The notes beneath the pieces were generated by a model that did not search any database, was not told the DNA's origin, and saw only the letters and a program-made list of their open reading frames with translations. A DNA stretch of 32,000 nucleotides. It comes from Delftia acidovorans NBRC 14950. GTDB lineage: Bacteria; Pseudomonadota; Gammaproteobacteria; Burkholderiales; Burkholderiaceae_C. Positions 9,201-16,097 of this stretch are shown here, piece by piece. The DNA is taken from assembly GCF_001598795.1 (NCBI RefSeq), contig NZ_BCZP01000024.1, forward strand, positions 1 through 32,000. Reading direction: 5' to 3'. A program made the position numbers and the translations under genes. Numbering within the stretch: position 1 is the first letter of the stretch; the number at the start of each line of letters is the position of its first letter.

Positions 9201-12200
9201 CATGTGCCCGCGCTGCGCGACCTGGCCATGACGGACGCGGAGATCATCCGCGACTTCATCCTGCCGGCGCGCCGCTGGGTGGAGCGTGGCGCTCTGGCTG
9301 CCGCTTCCGCGCCGGCAGCAAAACCTGCGTTCAGCCTGGACAGCGGTGCGGGCCGTCGCGCGCTGCAGGAACTGTCCGAGCTGGACGACCTGTTCACGTT
9401 CCCGAAGTCGCAACAGAAGGACCTGGCTGCCATCGCAAAGGAGCACAACCCCGAAATTCAGGTGAGCAAGCCCATCAGCATTGCAGGGCGCCAGGAGTAC
9501 ACGCTGACCATGCCGGGTGGCAAGAAGGCCATCCTGTCGGTGCGCCAGCCCAACCCGTATGGCGGCGAGCAGGTCTACGACATGCTCTACACCGCCGAGG
9601 GCATGGAGGCCGTGACCGGCCGGCCCGGTGTGAACCCCGAGGACGTGCCGCCCACGCCCGACGTATGGCTGGACGTGTCCCGGCTGGACCAGGGCGATGC
9701 CGGTGCAATGGCCTACAGCATCGCCTCGACCTTTGCCCACAACACAGACAGCATTTTCATCGGCGACCCGCACGGCCTGAGCAAGACCGCGCTGCGCCGC
9801 CGGCTGGAGCAGATGCTGTCCAGCGCCTTGAAGTTCGGCACCACGCGCCACCTGGCGCCGCATCCCGACCAGGTGCGCGGCGGCCATGGTGTGCCGGGCC
9901 TGCGATGGGTCTATGGGGATGACGTGGGCAATGTGGAGCGCATGATTGCGGCGAGCTTGGAGGGAATGGATAATGCATTTCCTTCATCCAATCAGATTGC
10001 ATACGATGCCGAACGAGGCACTTTCCGACTATCCGATTCCGGGCAGCAACTATCAAGACAGCAATTGGCTGGCTTGGTTGGACAATCCATCGAAAGAAGA
10101 CGTCGAATGGATGCAAGCGCGCCAGGAGACGCGGAAGCTGGCTGGCGAACAGTTGCGCGAGCGGCTGTCTGGCGTTCCCTTCTACGCGGAGAGGGCAGCT
10201 CGGGTGAAGGCAATCGACGGGGACGAGGCGCTGTACTGGGAAGGTTTGCTGAGCGGCACGCACAAGTTCTAGGCGACCCCAGTCCCAAGCTGCGCGTTTT
10301 CTACAGCCGCGGCCCCGCTGCCGGCGCGGCCACGCCGGCACCCTCAAAGGGCCTGCTGGGCCGCCTGCAGGACAAGGTGGCGGACCTCACCGGCTACCGC
10401 TCCGTCGATGACTTCCTCTACGCTTGGCAGGACAAGTTCATTGACCTCAAGCGCATCCAGGAACATATCAAGGCCCTGAACGGCACCGTCAGCGAGACGA
10501 ACGACGCGTACAGGGGCGAGGAGCTGTACCACAAGCGCGTGGCCAAGCGCACGGCAAACTTCCTGCGCGACGAAGTGCAGCCGCTGCTACGGCGCCTGAA
10601 CGCCACGGGCGTGGCCATCGAGGAGCTGGAGCGCTTCCTGCACGCCCGGCACGCGCCCGAAGCCAACCGCGTCATGGCCGAGCGCAACCCTGGCGCCCAG
10701 CAGCTGCAGGCGCAGCGCGATGGCGCCGCCAAGACCGTGGAAGATCTGCGCCGCCAGCTGCAGCGCGCTCAGGCCCGGGGCATGGCCACCGGCCCGGTGC
10801 AGAAGGCGCTGGGGCAGGCCCTCATCGACCAGGACCGCTGGGACGGCGCGGAGGCCTTCACAGGCACCGAGGACGAGCGCCTGTCCCTGTCGGGCATGAG
10901 CGATGCCGAGGCAGCGGCGGTGATGGCCAGCTACAGCCCGGAGCAGCGCCAGGTGCTGGACGAGCTGGCTGCGCGTGTGGACCGGATGAACGAAGGCACG
11001 CTGCAGACACTGGAGAGCTACGGCCTCATGGACCAGGCCACGCTGACGGCCTGGCGCAAAACCTACCGGCACTACGTGCCCCTGCACCGTGACGAAGCCC
11101 ACCCGGAGAGCAAGGCTCACCCCATTGGCCAGGGATTCAGCACCAAGGGCGATGCGGCCAAGAAGCGCACGGGCTCAAACGAGCGCGTGACCAACATCCT
11201 GAGCCACATCGTCATGCAGCGAGAGGCGGCATTGACGCGCGGCGAAAAGAACAACGTGGTCAAGCGCCTGTACCTGCTGGCCGCCCAGAACCCGGACAAA
11301 GATCTGTGGAGCCTGGAACTGCCCAAGAAAAAGGCGCTGGACCCTGATACCGGCCTGGTGCGCACAATGGTGGACCACGCGGCGAAGCTGCGCGCCAATG
11401 TCGTGTCGGTGCGGATCGGCGGCAAAGACCAGTACATCGTGTTCAACGAGCGCAACGAGAAGGCCGTGCGCCTGGCCATGGCCATGAAGAACATGGACGC
11501 CATGGAGCTGGACAGGTTCACGCGGGGCGCGGCCTGGATCACGCGCTGGTTCGCATCCGTCAACACTCAGTACAACCCGGTGTTCGGCGTCATGAACCTG
11601 GCGCGCGACCTGCAGGGCGCCATGCTGCAGCTGTCCACTACCCCCTTGGCCGGCAAACAGGCAGAGGTCTTCCGCAACATCCGGCGCAACACGCGCGCGA
11701 TCTACAAGGATCTGCGCCGCGAGCGTCGAGAGGAGGGCATCGGCACGAGCGAATGGGCCAAGCTGTGGGAGCAGCTGCAGCTGGACGGCGGCACCACGGG
11801 CTACCGTGACCTGCACGCCGATCCCCAGGACCGGGCCAAGAAGCTGCAGAAGGCGCTGGACCAGGTGGGCGAGGGCAAGGTGGTCGGCAGCGGCCGGGCG
11901 CTGCTGGCCTGGCTGTCGGACTTCAATGAAACCCTGGAAGCAACCACGCGCCTCGGCGTCTACAAGGCTGCGCTGGACCAGGGCATTAGCCGCCAGGAGG
12001 CCGCGAGCATCGCCAAGAACATCACGGTGAACTTCAACCGTAAGGGCCGGAATATGCCCGTGGCCGGCGCGCACTTCGCTTTTCTGAATGCGGCAATCCA
12101 GGGCAACAAGCGCATGCTGGAGACGCTGGCGGGGCCGGCCGGCCGCAAGATCATGATGGGCGGGGTGGCCCTGGGCATGGTGTCGGCCATGGCCGGCTAC

Positions 12201-13169
12201 CTGATGATGGGCGGCGGGGATGGTGCAGACGACGAGTGGAAGAAGATCCCGGGCTTTGTGAAAGAGCGGTCCATCATCATTCCGCTGGGCCGGCAGGACT
12301 ATGTGGCCACCCCGCTGCCGCTGGGGTTCCATGTGTTCCCCAACATCGGCCGCACCATCGTGGAGATGGCCGTGCACGACGACCCGACAAAGAGCCGAAT
12401 GGGTCACGTCCTGGACATGGCCGTGCTGGCCATGGATGCCTACAACCCGCTGGGCGGCTCTTCAAACCTGGGGCAGTTGGTGTCCCCCACCTGGCTCGAT
12501 CCCACAGTGGCGCTGTGGCAAAACCAGGACTGGACGGGCCGAGAGATCTACCGTGAAGACCGCAGCTCCAAGGACCCTAAGCCTGGCGATGCTCGGGCCA
12601 AGGATGCGGCTCCAGCTCCCTACAGGGTGATGGCCAGGACTGTGAACGCTATCAGCGGCGGCAACGAGTGGCGACCGGGCGAGTTCAGCCCCACGCCCGA
12701 GGCCATCGAGTACCTGTTCGGGCAGATCACCGGGGGCGTGGGCCGCGAAGCGTCCAAGGTCGCCAGCATGGCAACAGCGGCCTGGACGGGGGAGGAGTTG
12801 GCCGCGCACCAGCTCGTCCTGGTCGGCCGGGTCTATGGCAACTCGCGCGGTGTGAACGGGCAGAGCGCTGGCTACTACGAGAACGTCAAGCGCATCAACG
12901 TCAGTATGGCCGAGGCCAAGGGGCGCGTGGAGCGCGGGGAGGAGGCCGATGCTGTGTTGCTGGACGTGCCACTGGCTCAACTGGACGGTGCCGCATCCCT
13001 GGTGGACAAGCACATTTCCAACCTGGTGAAGGCGCGGCGCCGCGTGCATGCCAGCGACGATCCGAACAAGCGCGAGTTGGTCAAGTCGATCAATCAGGAG
13101 ATTGAACTCTCAATGCGGCAGTTGAACCAGGGGGTTGAGGATGTGCTTGGCAATTTCGGGGGGCGATGA
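3258..13169 (+). CDS. Giant 3303-aa multidomain protein, tentatively a phage/conjugative-element 'polyvalent' or virion-injected type with a C-terminal membrane-inserting region
   Basis: Uninterrupted 9,912-nt ORF in frame 3. ATG 3258 has GAGG 8 nt upstream. GC3 is very high over most of its length. Duplicated N-terminal G(G/D)VDLFE(I/L)xGI motif (15-bp GTTGACCTGTTCGAG twice, ~3293 and ~3362). Around aa 600-720 (...NNGRVAGLRAAYERG..., nt ~5370) it recalls ParB/ddrB-ParB-like domains, from memory only. FHEALGHHG metal-site-like motif at nt 8955-8975 has HExxxH spacing, not canonical HExxH. Q/A/E/R-rich linkers. Hydrophobic helices near aa 2964 (KIMMGGVALGMVSAMAGYLMMGG). Three stretches lose the frame-3 codon signature (see nested ORFs). 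Confidence 0.75.
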   Translation: MPQTTQSAADGGVDLFEIAGINPTAKTATQAPTGDVDLFELGGISIDVPKPKPQGIGGYVADAITDVFKRAGGAALSGVAAVPEAAQSGVRATVRSGAGGDPATVMPGGAFIPSIDTDEAINGPMTQQQLDRRELQAERAAVGVRLPGAEALARAGRDTQKAINDTNSQATQHAVANSQITGNLLKGEIDFGKDPSVRGFLMQGADVFGSMFPVVATALATRSPGAAGAVGGAMAAGEGVENAREFIAKQSHEQLLDTSPLYRRMVDAGAQPDEARRITSAKAEDASALLQGAVATFGDRFTGKLVTGGLDPLLARVAGRSVLGKTAAGAGISALEEGTQELMEGVASDLGTKSVAHGKEIGEDSAANFVLGALGGSAPGAARGVVAGVKDRGAKADAGGRSTVIDVTYKDAEGNTVTDVATTADAYPGDGAAAAPVQDAQASAPVSAPAAPQTEQQRVQQPDGTPETMDSTTAATRLAELEVIDSTTGLNPVQQEERAALAQRLEQDAAREAELEALGDEPQAVAAEAAADEQAPAFDPGAVRSKTWPQFVHERGEKVATLRRGTPIWDQLQHEWAAVKTRRAGTNPEGTGAAGTPAQEIQNRDRSRPASVVQMQGMAQNPDYLRLGVSRSPESGAPMVFAVGDQADAVQALGRADVAVMSDGQRVPFRYGVMEAADVQPSNFADGAVNPLFDAAHPGTVKALNNGRVAGLRAAYERGTADAYRQELAADSDMHGIDPAAIAGMHAPVLVRLYSEKDNQVNMGAKSQSQALGLSATEQAATDAALVDGGVLEVFDSGALDSAANRDFARAFIGKLQEQGQDVAGMVDANGALSPAGVTRLQAALVHKAYGDGDLVESLFGSTDNDIRAIGESLKAVAGEWANLRLAAERGAINAEVDVTENLLQAIRLVQKARRERAALHDAVQQVDMLTGDVPDALTVGMLRLLYSGHYLTRPVGRDRLVESLRAYMGAALATSASGDMFGEQVGPAAILAALSGQPVPKRQQTNDTSTDSQQAPAPQGSREPPGSDAAGQRADAAGPEAQRQEPDGAGRAAAGDRAERPGQDADADSGAVAPALELSSYTPEEIQAQQAQQQEAEQRRARDDAKADADARAERERKEVAERQTASAEHFQLGQDANDSLSGQKGIFDAPAEAEPAQRHDLEAMFDEVLDEVVTERQASPRSGDSVPHGKALTQEAAQAAAQDYLRWLGAKAPGDVRPGIHGGYTFEGGPGAVRVKAGHIKVDGQDRLQFPIQRLLKLADPAKPKPRGQAAQKAAGQEAARAAYFTPDNIVRSQDGSHDRVVSYTAPDADGRWSVTVRPVEKEGNSWVDVPGLRERTHGTQPDTRALKAGPVAQAQPERGAGEALASAAKNAGAGLAAAIDGLGELFGGAGKLGSGLSFDEQTYAKAKPLFAQAVANLQVAGTDLRDAMRAVVRMVVDKFGAEAAVRMKPYVVRYIEEMRDKHAAFPENTSNGKDTSHVSGSAAHLERNRPESAGAPSDASLDARTVQRDTRDSASADRQAPGQAGRGDGAGHSDDAGFSAGDAAVYGKRSDQRIHRGERPTAASQLLAGTDNGQGVSGAGRTGIPARPVTTGQLAAITRAARAAARNRSDSSNERSAERAVGPAVAPSAGEAAHLAKGEQPARAHRQIDLTDASSVEELFERLEHLDLPTRTKPRQAAAAAGPAPVGAQPATVPSTATPQAQPAPAQLATGEPGSLSGQLQRDGRPLVPHTTKGGKPLQGIVMQGVDRDTAMLYDPYTFKKDGGYFIRAKHLAREGVGFRRGESAVAPAMTADLAQELLRIAGSTAPAGGRGAQQAPMARAQKVVDEVRKAWANAPRINVVFDLQDPRVPQEARDTERLQAAEGAEGVPKGFYFDGEVYLVASQLATPEEATRVLFHEALGHHGLRGAFGEKLDAVLDQIIVARPREVRAKLQEYGELDDLVGRRYAAEEVLAEMAEMQPHLGFVRRAVAAIRAWLRAHVPALRDLAMTDAEIIRDFILPARRWVERGALAAASAPAAKPAFSLDSGAGRRALQELSELDDLFTFPKSQQKDLAAIAKEHNPEIQVSKPISIAGRQEYTLTMPGGKKAILSVRQPNPYGGEQVYDMLYTAEGMEAVTGRPGVNPEDVPPTPDVWLDVSRLDQGDAGAMAYSIASTFAHNTDSIFIGDPHGLSKTALRRRLEQMLSSALKFGTTRHLAPHPDQVRGGHGVPGLRWVYGDDVGNVERMIAASLEGMDNAFPSSNQIAYDAERGTFRLSDSGQQLSRQQLAGLVGQSIERRRRMDASAPGDAEAGWRTVARAAVWRSLLRGEGSSGEGNRRGRGAVLGRFAERHAQVLGDPSPKLRVFYSRGPAAGAATPAPSKGLLGRLQDKVADLTGYRSVDDFLYAWQDKFIDLKRIQEHIKALNGTVSETNDAYRGEELYHKRVAKRTANFLRDEVQPLLRRLNATGVAIEELERFLHARHAPEANRVMAERNPGAQQLQAQRDGAAKTVEDLRRQLQRAQARGMATGPVQKALGQALIDQDRWDGAEAFTGTEDERLSLSGMSDAEAAAVMASYSPEQRQVLDELAARVDRMNEGTLQTLESYGLMDQATLTAWRKTYRHYVPLHRDEAHPESKAHPIGQGFSTKGDAAKKRTGSNERVTNILSHIVMQREAALTRGEKNNVVKRLYLLAAQNPDKDLWSLELPKKKALDPDTGLVRTMVDHAAKLRANVVSVRIGGKDQYIVFNERNEKAVRLAMAMKNMDAMELDRFTRGAAWITRWFASVNTQYNPVFGVMNLARDLQGAMLQLSTTPLAGKQAEVFRNIRRNTRAIYKDLRRERREEGIGTSEWAKLWEQLQLDGGTTGYRDLHADPQDRAKKLQKALDQVGEGKVVGSGRALLAWLSDFNETLEATTRLGVYKAALDQGISRQEAASIAKNITVNFNRKGRNMPVAGAHFAFLNAAIQGNKRMLETLAGPAGRKIMMGGVALGMVSAMAGYLMMGGGDGADDEWKKIPGFVKERSIIIPLGRQDYVATPLPLGFHVFPNIGRTIVEMAVHDDPTKSRMGHVLDMAVLAMDAYNPLGGSSNLGQLVSPTWLDPTVALWQNQDWTGREIYREDRSSKDPKPGDARAKDAAPAPYRVMARTVNAISGGNEWRPGEFSPTPEAIEYLFGQITGGVGREASKVASMATAAWTGEELAAHQLVLVGRVYGNSRGVNGQSAGYYENVKRINVSMAEAKGRVERGEEADAVLLDVPLAQLDGAASLVDKHISNLVKARRRVHASDDPNKRELVKSINQEIELSMRQLNQGVEDVLGNFGGR
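6277..6477 (+). CDS. Nested +1-frame ORF E1 (66 aa: MTQAPTPSKPQPRKAAENPLAAMLLGSVLMQQGQKHSDKSQTEQGEQLLEIAQNAQGKMPTPTAAP)
   Basis: Frame-1 ORF inside the giant frame-3 ORF. Hand-counted GC3 is ~87% in frame 1, while frame 3 falls to about half. It ends in TAG and frame-3 GC3 resumes immediately after. There is no clear SD, so it is the weakest of the three. Confidence 0.4.
   Translation: MTQAPTPSKPQPRKAAENPLAAMLLGSVLMQQGQKHSDKSQTEQGEQLLEIAQNAQGKMPTPTAAP
7696..8130 (+). CDS. Nested +1-frame ORF E2 (144 aa, helical/acidic: MYQAPLPIWNEIARSQPVLPPMLPSMRELF...)
   Basis: ATG 7696 has AAGGA (7683-7687) 8 nt upstream. GC3 is ~76% in frame 1 versus ~45% in frame 3 by hand count. The protein composition looks natural, whereas frame 3 reads as R/S/G/A/D low complexity. 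Ends in TAG (8128-8130). Confidence 0.55.
   Translation: MYQAPLPIWNEIARSQPVLPPMLPSMRELFSATPETLPALIDKHLDKPAEAMGLDTPTTLAFRLVMPLFMENEAISAFIEAKGQPQLRSCLPELTTVRECLELAALEYRLDQSQLASLQRSLVQHAQRLETEAIAAMNAAQNAQ
9973..10272 (+). CDS. Nested +1-frame ORF E3 (99 aa: MHFLHPIRLHTMPNEALSDYPIPGSNYQDSNWLAWLDNPSKEDVEWMQ...)
   Basis: ATG 9973 has GGAGGG (9959-9964) 8 nt upstream; an alternative ATG is at 10006. GC3 is ~71% in frame 1 versus ~45% in frame 3. Local GC dips to ~55%. Ends in TAG (10270-10272). Confidence 0.5.
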   Translation: MHFLHPIRLHTMPNEALSDYPIPGSNYQDSNWLAWLDNPSKEDVEWMQARQETRKLAGEQLRERLSGVPFYAERAARVKAIDGDEALYWEGLLSGTHKF

Positions 13170-13336
13170 TGAAAAGGGTACGGTTCTTCTGGTGTGCAAC
13201 TGCTGCCGTCCTATTGTGGTCTTTTGGGTGCCTTCGTGTAGGGTCTACTTTGCAGGGGAAACCACCGTTGCCTGCTCCGGCTGAACTGACGCCAGATACC
13301 GCATTACGGTCGCCAACACGCTCGGACAAGGGATGA
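13166..13336 (+). CDS. Small (56 aa) signal-peptide or possible lipoprotein ORF (MMKRVRFFWCATAAVLLWSFGC|LRVGSTLQGKPPLPAPAELTPD...)
   Basis: ATG 13166 overlaps the giant ORF stop (13167-13169, ATGA). N-terminal basic plus hydrophobic segment ending SFGC, a non-canonical lipobox. The mature part is Pro-rich. It is below the 60-aa ORF-track cutoff and GC3 is only ~50%, so coding is uncertain. Confidence 0.35.
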   Translation: MMKRVRFFWCATAAVLLWSFGCLRVGSTLQGKPPLPAPAELTPDTALRSPTRSDKG

Positions 13337-13516
13337 AGGCGCAACAGGTTCCAGAGGTGCCAGTCAAGGATTCGTGTCGACGTGGATCTAGTTTGTCGTC
13401 GAGATCTCTCCGATCAATAGATTAGGATGTACCTTCTCTCGAAGGGAAGATTCCTGGTACTCTCCAATCGGAGAATCACGAGTGCATCAAACTGGGCTGT
13501 AAAAATCTATGTGAAT

Positions 13517-13546
13517 TTGTTAGAGGGCGGCAGCTTGCTCTAAAAT
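13517..13546 (+). promoter_or_regulatory. Candidate sigma70 promoter for the helicase-nuclease gene (-35 TTGTTA, 18-nt spacer, -10 TAAAAT)
   Basis: Hexamers at 13517-13522 and 13541-13546, about 29 nt upstream of the ATG at 13575. The ATG has a strong SD (GGGAGAAGG). Pattern match only. Confidence 0.3.
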
Positions 13547-13574
13547 TGCACACATTAAAGGGAGAAGGCGTCTT

Positions 13575-16097
13575 ATGGTTGATTTCAGTAAAAAGCTTGC
13601 AAGCAAGAAGGTCTCAAAAGTATCGGACCCCATTGAGCTATATAAAGGTCTTGATCGGGCCAGCGACAAGGGTCCACTTCGTCCTTCTCAGGATGCGATA
13701 TTTCGAGAGTGGAATGCGACCGGTCGCAATCAGCGCGACGTCATCGTCAAGCTGCACACCGGCCAAGGCAAGACGCTGGTTGGGCTTCTGATGCTGCAGG
13801 CCCGCCTGAACGAAGGAAAAGGTCCGTCCGTCTACCTTTGCCCGAACAACTACCTCATTGAACAGACCTGTGAGCAAGCGCGTCAGTTCGGAATTGCAAC
13901 GTGCCAAGCAGAACCTGATCTGCCCGAGGCGTTCCTCACAAGCGAGCAGATCCTTGTGACATCGGTGCAAAAACTCTTCAACGGCTTGACGAAATTTGGC
14001 CTTGAACGCAACTCAGTTTCTGTCGGGACTCTCCTGATGGACGATGCTCACGCGTGCGCAGATACGATCCGTGATCAATGCAAGATCCGTATCGATACCA
14101 GTGAACCAGCGTACCAAGCGCTCCGAACCTTGTTCGCTGCCGAGCTTGAACTACAAGGCGTTGGTACTTACGCTGACATCTGTAATGGGAAACAAGATGC
14201 GCTGCTGCCGGTTCCCTATTGGGTCTGGCGTGATCGCGAGTCCGACGTTGCAGCGATCCTGTCGGCAGCATCTGACCGAAGGAGCGTCAAATTCGCATGG
14301 CCGCTCTTGCGCAATATGCTCGCACACTGTCAGTGCGTTGTGTCCGGAACCTCGATCGAGATTGAGCCGCATATCGCACCGCTTCAATCTTTCGGAAGCT
14401 ACTGGAAGGCGGAGCATCGGATTTTCATGTCTGCCACGGTGACTGACGATGCATTCCTGATCAAAGGGCTTCGGCTGCAGCCATCGACGATCGTTGCTCC
14501 ACTTCTTTACTCTCAAGAAAGTTGGTCCGGCGAGAAGATGGTGCTGCTGCCTTCTGTCATCAATCCGCTGTTGGATCGTGAAGCGATCGTCGCTAAATTC
14601 GCTCCCAAGGATGCGCGTCGCCACTATGGCGTTGTGAGCCTCGCGACCTCTTTCAAGAACACAGCTGATTGGGAGACCTACGGTGCAAAGGTGGCAAAAA
14701 CGGAAACTGTGTGGACGGACATTAACGCATTGCGTAAGGGAAACTACGAGCAGACGCTGGTGCTGGTCAATCGCTACGACGGCATTGATTTGCCAGACGA
14801 TGCCTGCCGAATTTTGGTGATCGATGGAAAGCCCTACTCCGAGAGTCTGATAGATCTTTATCAAGAGGACTGCCGCCCGGCGAGCGACACTACCCTAATG
14901 CGTCTGGTTCGAAACATTGAGCAGGGCATGGGGCGAAGCGTGCGAGGCGAGAAAGACTATTCTGTGATTCTTGGAATCGGCGCTGATCTCACTCGGGCGC
15001 TCCGAGACCAGCATTCGCGAAGCTACCTATCGTCCCAGATGGCGACACAGATCGAGATCGGCATTGAGGTGGCTGGGTTCGCGAAAGATGATATTGCCAA
15101 TGGAGCCGATGCTGAGACGGCGTTCTTCGGCCTCATCCGTCAGTGCTTGGGTCGGGATGAGGGCTGGAAGGCGTTCTATGCCGAGTACATGGAGAAGGTT
15201 GAACTGAGAGGCGCCAATAAGCGGCTGCTCGGTATATACGCTGCTGAGCTTGAGGCTGAAGAGCTGTTTATGGCTGGAGACTACAGTGGTGCGGTGCAGC
15301 GCATTCAGAAGTTGATGGACGAACAAAATTTCGATGCGCCTGATCGTGGATGGTATCTCCAAACCATGGCGCGATACAGCTATCCGCTCGATCGGGCAGA
15401 GTTCAAGCGCCTGCAATTGGCTGCGCACGGAGCCAATCGCATAGTGATGAAGCCACCACAAGGTCTGAAGGTCACGAAACTTTCAGTGGTGAGTCAGGGA
15501 CGCGTTGAGCGAATAGCCCAATGGATTCGCAACCACAACGATTACGCCGAACTTGACATTGCGTTGGCGGACATTCTCGGACGTCTTGTATTCGGCGTGA
15601 AGGCGGACAAGTTTGAACAGGCGCTTGATGAGCTGAGCCGGGCGCTGGGCTTTGCTGGCGAGCGGCCCGACAAGGAATGGAAGGAGGGTCCAGACAACCT
15701 TTGGGCGCTGGATGACGCTAACTATATCGTCTGGGAATGCAAGAACGAGGTCGATCTGAGCAGGTCGGAGATCAATAAGACTGAGGCCGAGCAGATGAAC
15801 CGTTCCGCGGCATGGTTCCGGAAACACTACGAGGGATGCACTGCCATCCACATTGAGGTGCACCCCGCGTACCAGGTACAGAGTGCTGCCAACTTCTTGG
15901 TAGACGTAAAGGTGATGCGAGAGAAGGAGTTGAAGACGTTTGTGAAGGCTGTGAAGAAGTTTTTCCAGTCATTTCAGCGCCTCAATCTCAAGGACTTGTC
16001 TCTGCCGCACATCCAGAATCTCCTTGTCGAGAATGGATTGGACGTTGACAACCTGCTCAATGGAAGCTTTATGAGGAAGACCGTTGACCTAAAGTGA
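13575..16097 (+). CDS. SF2 (DEAD/DEAH-type) helicase fused to a C-terminal PD-(D/E)xK nuclease-like domain; candidate Hna-like single-gene anti-phage protein
   Basis: 840-aa ORF with strong SD. Motif I HTGQGKT (13755-13775), motif II DDAH (14040-14051), motif III SAT (14430-14438). C-terminal helicase lobe ...[26 protein letters not shown]... and motif VI-like [11 protein letters not shown]. Nuclease core ...ALDD(15711-15716)ANYIVW-ECK(15735-15743). About 52% GC, lower than the flanking core. Confidence 0.85.
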   Translation: MVDFSKKLASKKVSKVSDPIELYKGLDRASDKGPLRPSQDAIFREWNATGRNQRDVIVKLHTGQGKTLVGLLMLQARLNEGKGPSVYLCPNNYLIEQTCEQARQFGIATCQAEPDLPEAFLTSEQILVTSVQKLFNGLTKFGLERNSVSVGTLLMDDAHACADTIRDQCKIRIDTSEPAYQALRTLFAAELELQGVGTYADICNGKQDALLPVPYWVWRDRESDVAAILSAASDRRSVKFAWPLLRNMLAHCQCVVSGTSIEIEPHIAPLQSFGSYWKAEHRIFMSATVTDDAFLIKGLRLQPSTIVAPLLYSQESWSGEKMVLLPSVINPLLDREAIVAKFAPKDARRHYGVVSLATSFKNTADWETYGAKVAKTETVWTDINALRKGNYEQTLVLVNRYDGIDLPDDACRILVIDGKPYSESLIDLYQEDCRPASDTTLMRLVRNIEQGMGRSVRGEKDYSVILGIGADLTRALRDQHSRSYLSSQMATQIEIGIEVAGFAKDDIANGADAETAFFGLIRQCLGRDEGWKAFYAEYMEKVELRGANKRLLGIYAAELEAEELFMAGDYSGAVQRIQKLMDEQNFDAPDRGWYLQTMARYSYPLDRAEFKRLQLAAHGANRIVMKPPQGLKVTKLSVVSQGRVERIAQWIRNHNDYAELDIALADILGRLVFGVKADKFEQALDELSRALGFAGERPDKEWKEGPDNLWALDDANYIVWECKNEVDLSRSEINKTEAEQMNRSAAWFRKHYEGCTAIHIEVHPAYQVQSAANFLVDVKVMREKELKTFVKAVKKFFQSFQRLNLKDLSLPHIQNLLVENGLDVDNLLNGSFMRKTVDLK

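Noticed and set aside
7740-9887. 715-aa minus-strand ORF antisense to the giant gene, plus similar long antisense or off-frame ORFs (5-1201, 3240-4328, 3431-4471, 4386-5561, 6174-7157, 11175-12407).
   Set aside because: These are shadow ORFs expected in ~67% GC coding DNA. Their translations are R/A/G/H/L-rich without motifs, their third positions do not carry the GC3 signal, and they fully overlap a frame with strong coding signature.
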